Below, one piece after another: positions 51,735 to 63,247 of a stretch of 64,000 nucleotides of DNA. Position 1 is the first letter of the stretch. The number at the start of each line of letters is the position of its first letter. The position numbers and the translations under genes were made by a program. Origin of the DNA: Macrostomum lignano (taxonomy: Eukaryota); assembly GCA_002269645.1 (NCBI GenBank), contig NIVC01000344.1:124001-188000 (forward strand). Direction: 5' to 3'. The notes under the pieces were generated by a model. That model searched no databases and was not told the origin of the DNA. It was given only the letters and a program-made list of their open reading frames with translations.

Positions 51735-52415
51735 AAGGAGGAGTTAGAGAAGGAAAACAGGCCCTAGCAGACAGAAAACTAAAATGTACAGTGGGGAAGG
51801 GGTTAGAGAAGGAAAACAGGTCCTAGAAGACAGAAAACTAAAATGTACAGTGGGGAAGGGGTTAGAGAAGGAAAACAGGTCCTAGAAGACAGAAAACTAA
51901 AATGTACAGTGGGGAAGGTGTTAGAGAAGGAAAACAGGCCTTAGGAGACAGAAAACTAAAATGTACAGTGGGGAAGGGGTTAGAGAAGGAAAACAGGCCT
52001 TAGGAGACAGAAAACTAAAATGTACAGTGGGAAGGGGTTAGAGAAGGAAAACAGGTCCTAGCAGACAGAAAACTAAAATGTACAGTGGGGAAGGAGTTAG
52101 AGAAGGAAAACAGGTCCTAGAAGACAGAAAACTAAAATGTACAGTGGGGAAGGGGTTAGAGAAGGAAAACAGGTCCTAGAAGACAGAAAACTAAATGTAC
52201 AGTGGGGAAGGGTTTAGAGAAGGAAAACAGGTCCTAGCAGACAGAAAACTAAAATGTACAGTGGGGAAGGGGTTAGAGAAGGAAAACAGGTCCTAGAAGA
52301 CAGAAAACTAAAATGTACAGTGGGGAAGGGGTTAGAGAAGGAAAACAGGCCTTAGGAGACAGAAAACTAAAATGTACAGCGGGGAAGGGGTTAGAGAAGG
52401 AAAACAGGCTCTAGC
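51735..52415. repeat. 59-bp minisatellite in TTC29 intron 2
   Basis: About 11 units of AAGGGGTTAGAGAAGGAAAACAGGTCCTAGAAGACAGAAAACTAAAATGTACAGTGGGG. Confidence 0.92.
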
Positions 52416-52543
52416 AGAATGCACATTATTATTGGATGGACTTGTTGCACGAGTTAGAGAAGCTCGAACGAAATATATATTTTTGGCTGTAAAGAAAGGT
52501 AATTAGGACTGATCCACAGTCATACTATTCAAAATGCACCCAC

Positions 52544-52767
52544 CCTTTCGCTCGCTATTCTCAGCCGCCATGAGGTACCGGCTAAGATTCTTCAGCTTCT
52601 CTGGCTGCTCCTCCAACGGCGTGATCTGCCAGAGCATGGACTCAGGGCCGGCCACCTCCCGGTCTCGGCGTTGCTGCTTGATGAGGTGCAGCATCTCGGT
52701 GAAGGTCCGATGAAAGCCATCGGTCAGGATGGAGGTGCACAATGTCTCGAAAAAGGGATTTCGGTAC
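52544..52767 (-). CDS. TTC29: TTC29-like exon 2
   Basis: (E)YRNPFFETLCTSILTDGFHRTFTEM...PLEEQPEKLKNLSRYLMAAENSERK resembles TTC29 YRN...DGYHKSFTE...PLEEQPDKL. Confidence 0.92.
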
Positions 52768-53262
52768 CTGCGAATGAGTTTGGCGACGTGCTTGAGTACC
52801 TTCTAGAAAATAAATATCAATTAAGTATACACTGGTACAGAGCGTCAGCATTGAAAGGGCAAAGCAGATATATGCTTCAAGACTAAGTAAAGTAGGATTA
52901 GACAGACAGTGTATTGTATATATTTTGTTCCTGAGTACGTATAAGCGGACAATGCTATGCACTTAAAGGTCTAAAGAAGCTGGGAACATGCACGGTTGAT
53001 AAATTTGCAATTGTAGATTTCTTGAAGAGAGATAGAAAATAAGCACAATTCTTTTCAAACAATCATAATGCTTAGCGATAGTGGGCAGCTGCAACAACAG
53101 CAATAATGCTGCATGCATTTTAGTGGTTTCATCAAGCGATTACCCTGACACCGGAGACTTGCTGAACAATAATTGAATTCGAGTCAATCGATTGAGTTAT
53201 TTAACGCATAAATTATTATTAAACATTTACTGAGTCCATTGCTACATGGTTATGCCACTCAC

Positions 53263-53435
53263 TCTGCAGTCTGCACAGGGGTCAGGTACGGCAGCTCCTC
53301 TCTAAAGGTCTGCTGTTCCTGCTTTTTAGTTTCCTCTTTTCCTCGCCTGGCGCCTTTCAGCGGTTTCAGGTGCTTCGGTGGCGGACCCGTAGGGTCCGGG
53401 ACTACCCTGACTCCTCTTGCTGCTACGCTGGTCAT
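53263..53435 (-). CDS. TTC29: TTC29-like first coding exon
   Basis: MTSVAARG...LPYLTPVQTA(E); phase-2 GTGAGT donor fits exon 2; the six exons total 1548 nt (515 aa). Confidence 0.8.
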
Positions 53436-56045
53436 CTTCACATCATCTGGTGCGTGCTGGAGAGTAGAAATCAATAAAGAGAAAAATAAACAAAACAAAC
53501 TATTGAACTAACTCGATGTATATGTTCAAATCGAAACTTATGGCACAGATTACTTTAATTATATAAAGCTAACATTTCAAACTAACTAACTAACTAAATT
53601 TGAACTATATATGTATATAGATTGTAAATTTTTGTGACGATAGGCTATTGCAAAAATATTCTAAAATATTAAAACGAGTAGATTTTTCTTTTTAATATTT
53701 TATTTGACGATTTCAAAAATTGCTTCAGTAACTACTTATAGTTTACTATAACAATTAGCAATTTATAGTAATTATAATAAAAATATTAAATTAAACGCAG
53801 GCCATTTTACTTTAATTTTCTTTTAACTGTAAGGTTCTATTTTATATTTATAGGACATTTTCGGACAAAAGAATTGGCTATTTTTGTATTGATAACAGAC
53901 AAATTTAATTTAATATTGAAAAGGAATTTACTCCATATTTTAAAACGATAAAACTGTGCTTTGACAACTTCGACAATGATTATTTATTAAAATATATATA
54001 AAATATTAAAGATGCCTTTATGAAATGTAAATTATCTTACGAAATCACAAAAAGCTAAATGCTAATGAATATACTCATTCAATGTCACACAAGGACACAC
54101 AGAACACAGTCATATACTGACAGACACAGTTAGTCATACCTATCAATATCAATGTATGCAGATAAAATATGTTACCATTCGTATTTTTGAGCGCATAAAA
54201 TAAAGCTGAAATTAGTTATATTGTCTAATCTATCTACCTTTGTGGCTACTATGTCAATACACAAAATTTTTTTGTTTACTTATTGTATGATATCCGTTAA
54301 ATTTAGCATGTTTAAGTGAATAATTGATCGTCAAAATTATCATTTAAAAACACATTGGAAACAAGCGCAACCAAAAATGTTAAAGATTCTTGATAATTAA
54401 TGCTTTTAATCACTATATATGCTGTTTATGGCTTATTTTGGCACATATATAGCTTCTTTAAAGGTAAATAATTGTATTTTAAGCTATGTTTGTTTAACTC
54501 CACTGCTTTCCGGGTGATATTTTTACACTAAGCTAAAATGGATGCTATGATCTAAGCAAATATCAGTTTTTATAAGAATACGGTCTGTACTGTAGGAACT
54601 TTTTCAGCTTGGGGCCTTGACCCTAGCTTTTGCTAAATTGGCATGTTACGGTACAATATTCTATCTATACTTCATGCGCTTCTATAATTTTTGACGCAAA
54701 CTTTCAGAACTATCTTGCAAGCCTGCTTGGCCCCACTAACTTTTATATTCTTGATGCGCCAATTTAAATTGCTGCTATTATGATATTGTCTGATAGCTCA
54801 ATTCTTTCACAATGAAATACTCTATAAATGCGTGAAATACGCATGATATACATCTGTACTCACGATAATTATCCAAAATTCACTATTATTCGAATATTAC
54901 AGTGTATAATCCATAATCCAATGCATATAACTATGTACATACAAGCTCTTTTAAATAAAAATATCGGTATTTTTCAATTACAGTGGGCCAGAGAAGGGTT
55001 TGCGAGGTGAGAGAGATATACAAAAGCGGAACATGAGACGTAACGTTAGTACAGTGTAAGGTTTACGAGAGAGTTTGAGCCATACATGTACATGTACAGT
55101 ATACATGTAGGTTCAACAAAGTTGCAAATCTGCCTGTCAAAAGTTTAGCCAACGTATCTAGCAATGAACTTAATTGGAAATTAAAGTATTTTCCACGTCT
55201 CAGAACCAAGGACAACTCCTTGCTCAGAGCACGAAGGATGACGAAGACTTTATGAACCTCTTGCACTTTCTTGAGAGCCATGATACTGCCAATAATTTGC
55301 CTCTACTACCGCGGTTGAAGATGATGCTGCAGCTGAAGATGGAGAGAATGAAACTGAACCGAAATTCGAGTTCCTAGCTTTTGGGGAGATGCAAAAGGCA
55401 AATGACAAAGATGAAAGTGAGCCTATTAAACCACTTTGCGAGAGCAGGTGATTATTATATAGTCACGGTAACGGTTTTGTGCAGTTCCGATCACAAACAC
55501 CGCGTAACACAGAGTTGTTTTCCAGAAATTGAGTCGTTTTAAGATGTTTCAGTTTCTTAAGTAGATGTACTACACCCAATTGCTTCGCTACGATTGCGGT
55601 CCATGCTCGCCTGCAAGTCTTTTTGTGCATATTGATTGTAATCGGCAATTCGTGATCCTCAAGGGACCTTATGTATAGCATAACAGGACGTAAAACTCAA
55701 AGGTCATGTAATTTTTAGGAGGCCGATTTCCTGGAAAAACTACACGATGGAGATTGGAAATAATCAAATTTTTTCATCACATAATCTGCAATGACTACAT
55801 TTAATCTGATTGCCAATTCTATAATTTACCATGCACAATCTACCATGTCATATTTTATGTACATATAATTGCGTAGCGAAAGCTACCTTTACGGGTTTAA
55901 GATCTCCTTTGGAGACTACAAAGGGTTATGGGTCTCCGCGATTTGCCCCTGCCAAAAGTTTTTTTCCGTACATGTAGCTAAACATACAATTTTGTATACA
56001 CAAAGAGAAACATCTTTAACATGAATGTACAACGTACAACAGACT

Positions 56046-56432
56046 TTACTTTACATTTAAACTGACACATAAATCTGCAATGCATGCATGAGAGAATTAG
56101 AGAAATATGCCGAAAGAACTTACCTCGAAACCTGACCTTCGGCGAGACTATTGAACTAAAAAAGTAACCACCAGAAGTACAAAAACATTAACAAAATTTA
56201 CTCGTCCAAGCTCACCTATTTATTGTGCCTTTATTTTCGGAGCTACCGGACCTCATTAGTGTGCACTGGCTGCTGCCGACAGGAAAACCGGTCACTGAGC
56301 ACTGCCCAATCAGTTCACTCTGGCCAGAGTCGTAATCTACGGCGAATACATGTACAGTGAAACTGGCGTACTCCCAGTCCTGTCTGGTAGGACAGACGTA
56401 ATTCCAGCTCGCAGTATTGGTTGCACATTTGT
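56046..56432 (-). CDS. Probable spliced gene, 3' part, with C2-domain-like segment (exons 56432-56216, 56155-56124, 56074-56046)
   Basis: ASWN...FTVHVFAVDYDSGQSELIGQCSV...NKGTI resembles the C2 motif VxDxD..D.IG; 60-nt and 49-nt introns with canonical GT/AG keep the frame to TAA; 5' exons not found. Confidence 0.55.
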
Positions 56433-56462
56433 CTGAAATTGCACAGATTCGATTTTTCTTCA

Positions 56463-56610
56463 TGGCGCCAAAATGTAGCGCCTGCGGCACCAAAATGTAG
56501 CGCCTGCGGCGCCAAAATGAGAGCCTGTGGCGCTAAAATGAATGCCTGCGGCGCCAAAATGAATGCCTGCGGCGCTAAAATGAGTGCCTGCTGCGCCAAA
56601 ATGAGCGCTG
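56463..56610. repeat. 21-bp minisatellite (GGCGCCAAAATGAATGCCTGC)
   Basis: About 7 units. Confidence 0.85.
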
Positions 56611-57144
56611 ACACCCCGATTCTTAAAATAATGGAAATGAAGGAATTTAGTCATGAAAACATTTTGTCCTCCCCCCACCATAAAATCCATGGAGGCGCCC
56701 CTTGCCCGATACACATGCAGATTTACATTCTGACGCTGCAGCAGGGTATATTTAGTTTAAAGCAGTTTCTGTTTAACTATAAAATTATAAGTTATAGTTA
56801 TAGTAATCATGACGGCGAAGGTCGTTTTCTGCTTCTTGGGAAATCTTCTTGTGAAAAGTGGAGAAACTCTTGTAATATAAAAGCCCTCCATCTGACAACC
56901 TGCATGAGGTTTAAAAGCATGTGCCGTCACCCATGCCATTTTAGCTTGATGGAGCAGACAACTGCAGAATTATTTGGAAAGAGGCAAAAACCATAGAAAA
57001 AACTCTTCTTTTTAGAAGTTTCACCGGTTTGGTGCCAGGTTTTACAATCTTATAGAGTCAGGACTATAGCAACCCTACATCTAAAACATGAAATTATTTA
57101 TCTTCATGGAAATTCCATCAGTTCAAAGCCACTTGGGGCTTGTC

Positions 57145-57457
57145 CAGGATGACAACGCGCCGCCACACCGAGCCGATGCTGTCAGTCAACTGAAGGAACA
57201 ACTACAGGCCTACAGCTGAGCACTCTGCGCTGGCCTTCCCGGTCCCCAGACATGAATCCCATCGAGCATGTCTGCGACTTCCTAAAACGCAACATTTGAA
57301 AAGAGAATCCACCCCAGACTGTTACGGAGCTGCGTCATGCCATTGAAAACGCTTGGCAGCAGCCTCCCCCAGGACTTTCTACACCGCCTCATCAGCTGGG
57401 GATGCACCGCAGAGTCGCCGCACTTCTGCGTGTGAGGAGATCCCACACGCGTTATAA
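57145..57457 (+). mobile_element. Decayed Tc1-family transposase fragment
   Basis: QDDNAPPHRA ... (frameshift) LRWPSRSPDMNPIEHV...KRNI*...PQTVTELRHAIENAW; DDE C-terminal motifs. Confidence 0.8.
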
Positions 57458-58571
57458 AGCATCGCGATTCTAACCGGCATATTGCATAAAAAGTAAACTG
57501 TTGATTTTGTGCGACTGACGTTTATTATTGATTCAATAAGTTTCCCCTTCCTCGCGGCGGCCTATGAGTAGTTCCGTAACTTGAGGGTTGAATTGTGAGT
57601 GAGAAGTTGCCGCAAAGTGAGGTATAAGATAATAACCCCAAAAAATGTTTTTGGGGGCATTGTCATATTTAATTTTAGGCATGGCCCAGTATGATATGTA
57701 CTCTCCGTGTACATTGTAACCAGGGGACTACTTACTTAATCTGCTGCTATCCCTGACTCAGTCTTAACACTGTACATAAGTAACATAACAAAAAACAGGC
57801 AAAAAGAACATCTTCATATCAATGCTCAATATATTCGCTTTATCAGCATGAATGAATGAATTTTGTTTAAGCTTCTGTTTGACTGCAAAAAGCCAGTTTA
57901 TGATTTACAAGTGAGAGTCAACTTCAACTCTAAACTTCAAAGTGTCAATGAAATAAAACAAATAATAGCGGGGGTTATGCTACCGCTGGGAGTTATTAAT
58001 TGATGAGGAGAGAAACACAAAAGAACAATAGAATCACCATATTTTTGCAGCTTTAAAATGTCCCAAAATGAAAGTATGTAATTGTTAGCGATGTTGCAGC
58101 CGCGCTAGCAGACTTTAAAAAACAGGAAACAACAACAACATACGAATGCACACACAAGCAAAATAACAGTTCATGTTACAAGTTAGAGCAGGAAAAACAT
58201 TGCAATAAACACAAGAGCAATCACCCAACAAGGACGAATGCAGTTCTGTAGCCTATCTCTAACGAACGAGTAGAGCGAACGGGGACTCCCCACCTGGTTG
58301 ATTTAAATAGCAAATTTATAAGTTGGCCCATAGACATCTGAAATAGATTTGAGATTAGCGGTCTCTCTGCCACTCTCCACCACTAAGGTAGCCAACTATA
58401 CTTAATCGCTTATACCGATAGGTACTGCTTTGTCAGCCAAGTTGAGAATTGCCATTTGGCAGCGGTAGACTTGGTTTTGCCCATAGACATACACATAGTC
58501 GAAAAAGGCAACCAAGTTGATAATTCGGCCATGTACATCAGCGCAAAGGATACCGGCAGCAGCAAACTGTC

Positions 58572-58601
58572 ATATCTATTATCTATCTTTCTGTCTATCT
58601 G

Positions 58602-58632
<31 letters not shown>

Positions 58633-58711
58633 GTGTCTATCTATCTATCTGTTAATCTATCTATCTATCTATTAATCTATCTATCTATCTATCTATCTTT
58701 CTGTCTATCTG

Positions 58712-58781
<70 letters not shown>
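58572..58781. repeat. (CTAT)n microsatellite
   Basis: About 50 imperfect units. Confidence 0.9.
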
Positions 58782-58784
<3 letters not shown>

Positions 58785-59008
58785 GCCCATGGACAAGGCT
58801 AAATCTACTGCCGCCAAAGCAATTATTTCTTTATTGAAACTAAACTGATAAACTTGGAACTTGGAGTGTCGCTTCCTAGGAAGCAGAGCGAACATAGAGA
58901 ATTCCTTGGATTGCCATTTACATACACAAGCTTGGCAATATTAAGACCGTTCTCAATCTGACAAATAAACAAAGAAATGCCAAGCCGGCAGCAGCTGTCC
59001 GACTCTGC

Positions 59009-60175
59009 TCAATCCCGACGATCCCGCTTCCGTCCGCTGCCGCCCTCGTCCCGATGCCCGGACGCCGGCCGCTTGCTGCCGGTGCCGACCGTCTCCGACC
59101 GTTTGACTTTGTCGAACAGGTCGTCCAAGCCGAACGGGTCCTCTTCGACCTGCTTCTCGAACTGCACCGGCCCATCTCGCCGACTTCCTCCAGCGCCGCC
59201 GCCGGTGCCTTCGAAGCGCCGGTCCGGCACAAACCGGCCGGTGCCCGAGGCGAGCCGGCCGAGCTCCTCGTCGGCGCTGGCGCCTTCCTCCAGGCCTTTG
59301 GTCGGCCGGTACAGATGGCCGGCGCTGGACGCGTTGGCCCGCCAAGGCTGGTCGTACACGTTGTAGATCTCGTCTTCACCGGCGTGGAATCCCGAGGCCA
59401 GGCCGGCGTCCTGGTTGAACAGGCGCGAGTCGAACGCCGCCTCCGGGTCCTGCTGGTTCCGCTGCAGAGCTGGCCGGCCCAGCGCGATCTGCTCGGAGAT
59501 GTCCCGGTCGCGGTCGTTGGCGCCGCCACCGCCTTTCCTGTTGCGCTCGTGCGCCCGCTGCTCGGCGCGCTCCCGACGGATGGCGTCGCGTTCCCGCGCC
59601 TCGGCCGCGGCTTCGGCCGCTTCGGCAGCCGGCGCCAGACCGGCGCGTTCGCCACGCGCCCGACTAGCGATCTGTTGCAGCGTCTCCTCGTGCTTCTCGC
59701 GCTGGGCCTGCTGCATGCGGCTGGCCACCTTGGCCCGCATGCTGACGGCCTCGCGGCTCTTTACCTCGGCCGTGTGCAGCGCCTCGGCTAGCATGACGAA
59801 TTTCTCGTTGACGTGGACGCCCTGCAGTCCGCGACCGTCGGCGGCGACTCGCTTATCTAGCGGGATTGTGTAGCCTTTGGGATTTTTCCAATTGGACACG
59901 CAGGGCGGAATTTTCCAATCGGCCTGCTCCTTGGAGGTGACCTTGCGCGGCGGCGAGTGCATCACCGTGGCAGGCGGGCTGGGCGGTCCGCGGGGCACCT
60001 TCTTGCTGATGCGGAATCTCGGCGGCTCCATTGGGTCTTTCTGGGCTTCCACCATTCGAACTATTCGCTGGGCTGAGCCGGAATTGTAGCCGGCGCCCTG
60101 CTGGCTGGGGGTGTACCGAATAAACTGGGCCGGCCCCGTACGCTCAGCACTGCGCACCGGGTTCGAAGCAGCCGC
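59009..60175 (-). CDS. SNW1: SNW domain-containing protein 1 (SKIP/Prp45), last exon
   Basis: PAQFIRYTPSQQG...KDPMEPPRF...MHSPPRK...WKIPPCVSNWKNPKGYTIPLDKR...RDISEQIALG...FDSRLFNQ. Confidence 0.96.
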   Translation of the reverse strand, partial: AAASNPVRSAERTGPAQFIRYTPSQQGAGYNSGSAQRIVRMVEAQKDPMEPPRFRISKKVPRGPPSPPATVMHSPPRKVTSKEQADWKIPPCVSNWKNPKGYTIPLDKRVAADGRGLQGVHVNEKFVMLAEALHTAEVKSREAVSMRAKVASRMQQAQREKHEETLQQIASRARGERAGLAPAAEAAEAAAEARERDAIRRERAEQRAHERNRKGGGGANDRDRDISEQIALGRPALQRNQQDPEAAFDSRLFNQDAGLASGFHAGEDEIYNVYDQPWRANASSAGHLYRPTKGLEEGASADEELGRLASGTGRFVPDRRFEGTGGGAGGSRRDGPVQFEKQVEEDPFGLDDLFDKVKRSETVGTGSKRPASGHRDEGGSGRKRDRRD

Positions 60176-60254
60176 CTGCGGGTTCGAGAGGGGAATTAGT
60201 GCTGGACATTGCACAGTGGATTGGCTGCGGTAAACTTCTGAGAGGGAGGATGGT

Positions 60255-60815
60255 GAGGATAGTGAGCTGACCCACTGACCCACAACACTAGCCAGATGAG
60301 GATGGTGACCTGATCCGCTGACCCACAACACTAGCCAGATGAGGATGGTGACCTGACCCACTGACTCACTACACTAGCCAGATGAGGATGATGACCTGAC
60401 CCACTGACTCAGTACACTAGCCAGATGAGGATGATGACCTGACCCACTGACTTACTACACTAGCCAGATGAGGATGGTGACCTGACCCACTGACCCACAA
60501 CACTAGCCAGATGGGGATGGTGACCTGACCTGACCCGCTGACCCACTACACTAGACAGATGAGGATTGTGACCTGACCCACTGACCCACTACACTAGCCA
60601 GATGAGAATTGTGACCTGACCCACTGACCCACTACACTAGCCAGATGAGGATTGTGACCTGACCCACTGACCCACTACACTAGACAGATGAGGATGATGA
60701 CCTGACCTGACCCACTTGACTCACTACACTAGCCAGATCAGGATGGTGACCTGACCTGACCCGCTGACTCACTACAGTAGCCAGATGGGGATGGTGACCT
60801 GACCCGCTGATCCAC
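60255..60815. repeat. 43/48-bp minisatellite filling the SNW1 intron
   Basis: About 12 units of TGACCCACTGACCCACTACACTAGCCAGATGAGGATGGTGACC. Confidence 0.9.
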
Positions 60816-60876
60816 GAGACTAATCCCTCTGACCCAACAAGTTTACTAACAAAGGAAACGGTCTCAAGTGCCTCAC

Positions 60877-61383
60877 CTTAGACTCAACCAAGCGCTGGAG
60901 AGCATCCCTAGTCTTCTCAGTCAGATCTTTGATAGACTCTTCATCCGGTCGCTGGAAGCTGGGATCATCTTCATCGATGGGTTTGGGCAGCAGGTCGCTA
61001 AATTTGCTGTGCACAACTTTGTCGGCCCGTTGTCCCTGACGGACAACGGCGTCAAAGTTGACCCGACCATCGGCGCCCAGCGTCATTGGCAGGGTGGGGC
61101 CGGAGCTGGCAGACTGCGGCTGCCCCATGCCCAGCGGGTACTGGCGCGAATGAATCTCCGGGAAGGCGCCGCCGTCGCCGAAATCCTCCTGTCGTCGGGG
61201 TGTCCAACCGCGCCGATGGCCATAGGGCGGGGCGGCGGACTGCACGGCAACTAGCGGCTTGTCGGCGGCCGATGCAGCATTGGCGGCTGCTGGAGTTGAC
61301 CGCTCGGATAGGCGCTGGGTTGGACTGGGGATTAACCTGTGTGATAAGGTTGGGTTTACAATAATTGATTGACGTGCTGTCAT
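60877..61383 (-). CDS. SNW1: SNW1 upstream coding exon
   Basis: PPYGHRRGWTPRRQEDFGDGGAFPEIH...YPLGMG...RPDEESIKDLTEKTR; start uncertain: in-frame ATG 61383, or a phase-2 acceptor at 61336 with an unseen micro-exon. Confidence 0.9.
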
Positions 61384-62112
61384 TAAATGCAATGTCACAA
61401 TTGACAATTAGAGTAAGAAATATCAAAACTACTCTTTTCAGGTCCCAGAGACCCTGTTAATTGGTCTGCTTAATTTTGCAGCTTTAAATTTTGATTTTAA
61501 CATTGTAACTAAATTAATGACCAAAAACTGCTAATTTTGCTACTTAGGCGATGCTTGGATGCTATGATGTGGTCTGTGATGCAGTGCTTGGTGCAGCGCA
61601 GTGCAGTGTAACACTTGGCGCAGTGTTTGAAATCCATGCCAAAATGGCCATGCACAGAATGGCTGGCCTAAATGTCAAAACATCGAAAGTTGGCAAAGTT
61701 ATCTAGTGTGTTCTGTTTTGTTGGTGTGCTACCACTATCAGACCAATGCAAAGTGCGAAAGTCCTTTAAGGTAATTTATTCTTGCAATGCCTCCTAGGCC
61801 CCAGTGCCCATTTGGTGACCCCTTTGATGTGGCCTATATACCTTAACCTTAGAGAGTGACACCTTGGCACATTTTTGCTAGACCCATAATGCAAGACTAT
61901 ATATTTTTAGAATTTATTCCAAAAAGGTATATATAATGTTTTAATTCAAACTATATGGAATGATTGTATCCATAATTGAGAAAATGGCACAATATATATG
62001 TATATTAGAATAAACTTTGGGGATAATCTATAAATCACCTGGGCACCCTCTGTATAATAATTGTATTACTATCTGTGCAATATTTCTATGCCTGAACTTG
62101 TAAAAAATAATT

Positions 62113-62245
62113 CATAATAATAGATTACACCTGCCCTGATTGGGCCAGATGTGCAACCAACAGCTTAGCTATAGCTATTGCATGGCATATCTAAAGGCTA
62201 CATATAGCTGTTTAGTCCAAAGACTATGGGGTTGCCACACACTCT
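62113..62245 (-). mobile_element. CORE-like SINE 3' fragment, hypermutated copy 4
   Basis: Aligns without gaps to 9459-9575 with mostly C>T/G>A differences. Confidence 0.85.
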
Positions 62246-62680
62246 CAAAACTATATAAAACATTTATTCCAATTCTCCATATTCCATAGCCATAGGGACC
62301 CTAATATTATCATATTACCATAGTTCCCATAGCCATAGTTTTAACAAAAAATCTAGGAAACAAAATATTTTGAATCAAAAAGATAACCTACTGCTAAAAC
62401 AACTGTAAATTTAAGTAGAAAATAAAACAAACACTTGATTGCCTCTGAAAGATTATATTTCATCTGCAAAAATATTTTACAGACTGAAAGTACTAAAGCA
62501 AAAATGTTTCACATTGTTAAAATTTAGAGTTTGCTAATGTTTTATTGTACTTTATTAAGCATAATCTATAAATATTAGTTTATAGTTTCAGTTTCAAAGT
62601 CTATAATACAATTTACTAAAGTAAATCTTTTGTTTAAGCAAAAGTAGCTACCGAAAATCTTTGTTTTATTCCATGCTTGG

Positions 62681-62838
62681 GTGCAACCTAGGGATTCACT
62701 TGGCCATTTCTATTGGCAACACACACATGTAAGTTGCTATTAGATAGAATAATAGTCACATGACTGCTCTTAGCCAATAGCAACTTACATGTGTGTGTGT
62801 TGCCAATAGAAATGATCGGGTGAATCCCAAGGTTGCAC
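62681..62838. repeat. Long hairpin / MITE-like inverted repeat
   Basis: About 65-bp arms GTGCAACC...ATTTCTATTGGCAACACACACATGTAAGTTGCTATT, about 25-nt spacer. Confidence 0.85.
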
Positions 62839-63247
62839 ATGTACCATGGATGTTTTACTCTACTTGTTTTTAATATTTTTTTTAATTAACAACTATGGCT
62901 ATGACAATCTATAGAATATGACAATATTTACTATACATCCATAGTTGTACCCATAAGAGTAGCTATTTACCATAGGTATATTTGTAGTTGCTGTAGGCAC
63001 CTATTTTATACCTTTTAAACTTTGTCCAACTTGGATTATTCCAACTGTTATTTTGACTGATTATCTAATACATTTCAAGAGTCTGAATATCATTCCAACT
63101 CTTATTCTCCATAGTCCAGATTCATGGTAGGCATACAGCAGAATGAAAATTCATGTTTTTTTCAATTTTATGCCAATGTAAAATTTAAAGAAACTTTTAC
63201 ACCAAGAACCCAGAGTTGCTTGTATGCCAATTTTTTTAGAGAAAATA

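Noticed and set aside
55190-55440. Coding-looking acidic stretch on the plus strand
   Set aside because: It needs a frameshift and has no recognisable motif or partner exons; probably a decayed transposon remnant
58416-58554. Open segment FAAAGILCADVHGRIINL...ADKAVPI as an upstream exon of the C2-like gene
   Set aside because: The phase fits, but the donor (GTATAA) is atypical, no start exon is evident, and it straddles an apparent TSD-flanked insertion
59054-59873. Long plus-strand ORFs antisense to GC-rich exons (also at 5539, 20072 and 48352)
   Set aside because: Shadow ORFs caused by GC-rich codon usage of the real minus-strand genes
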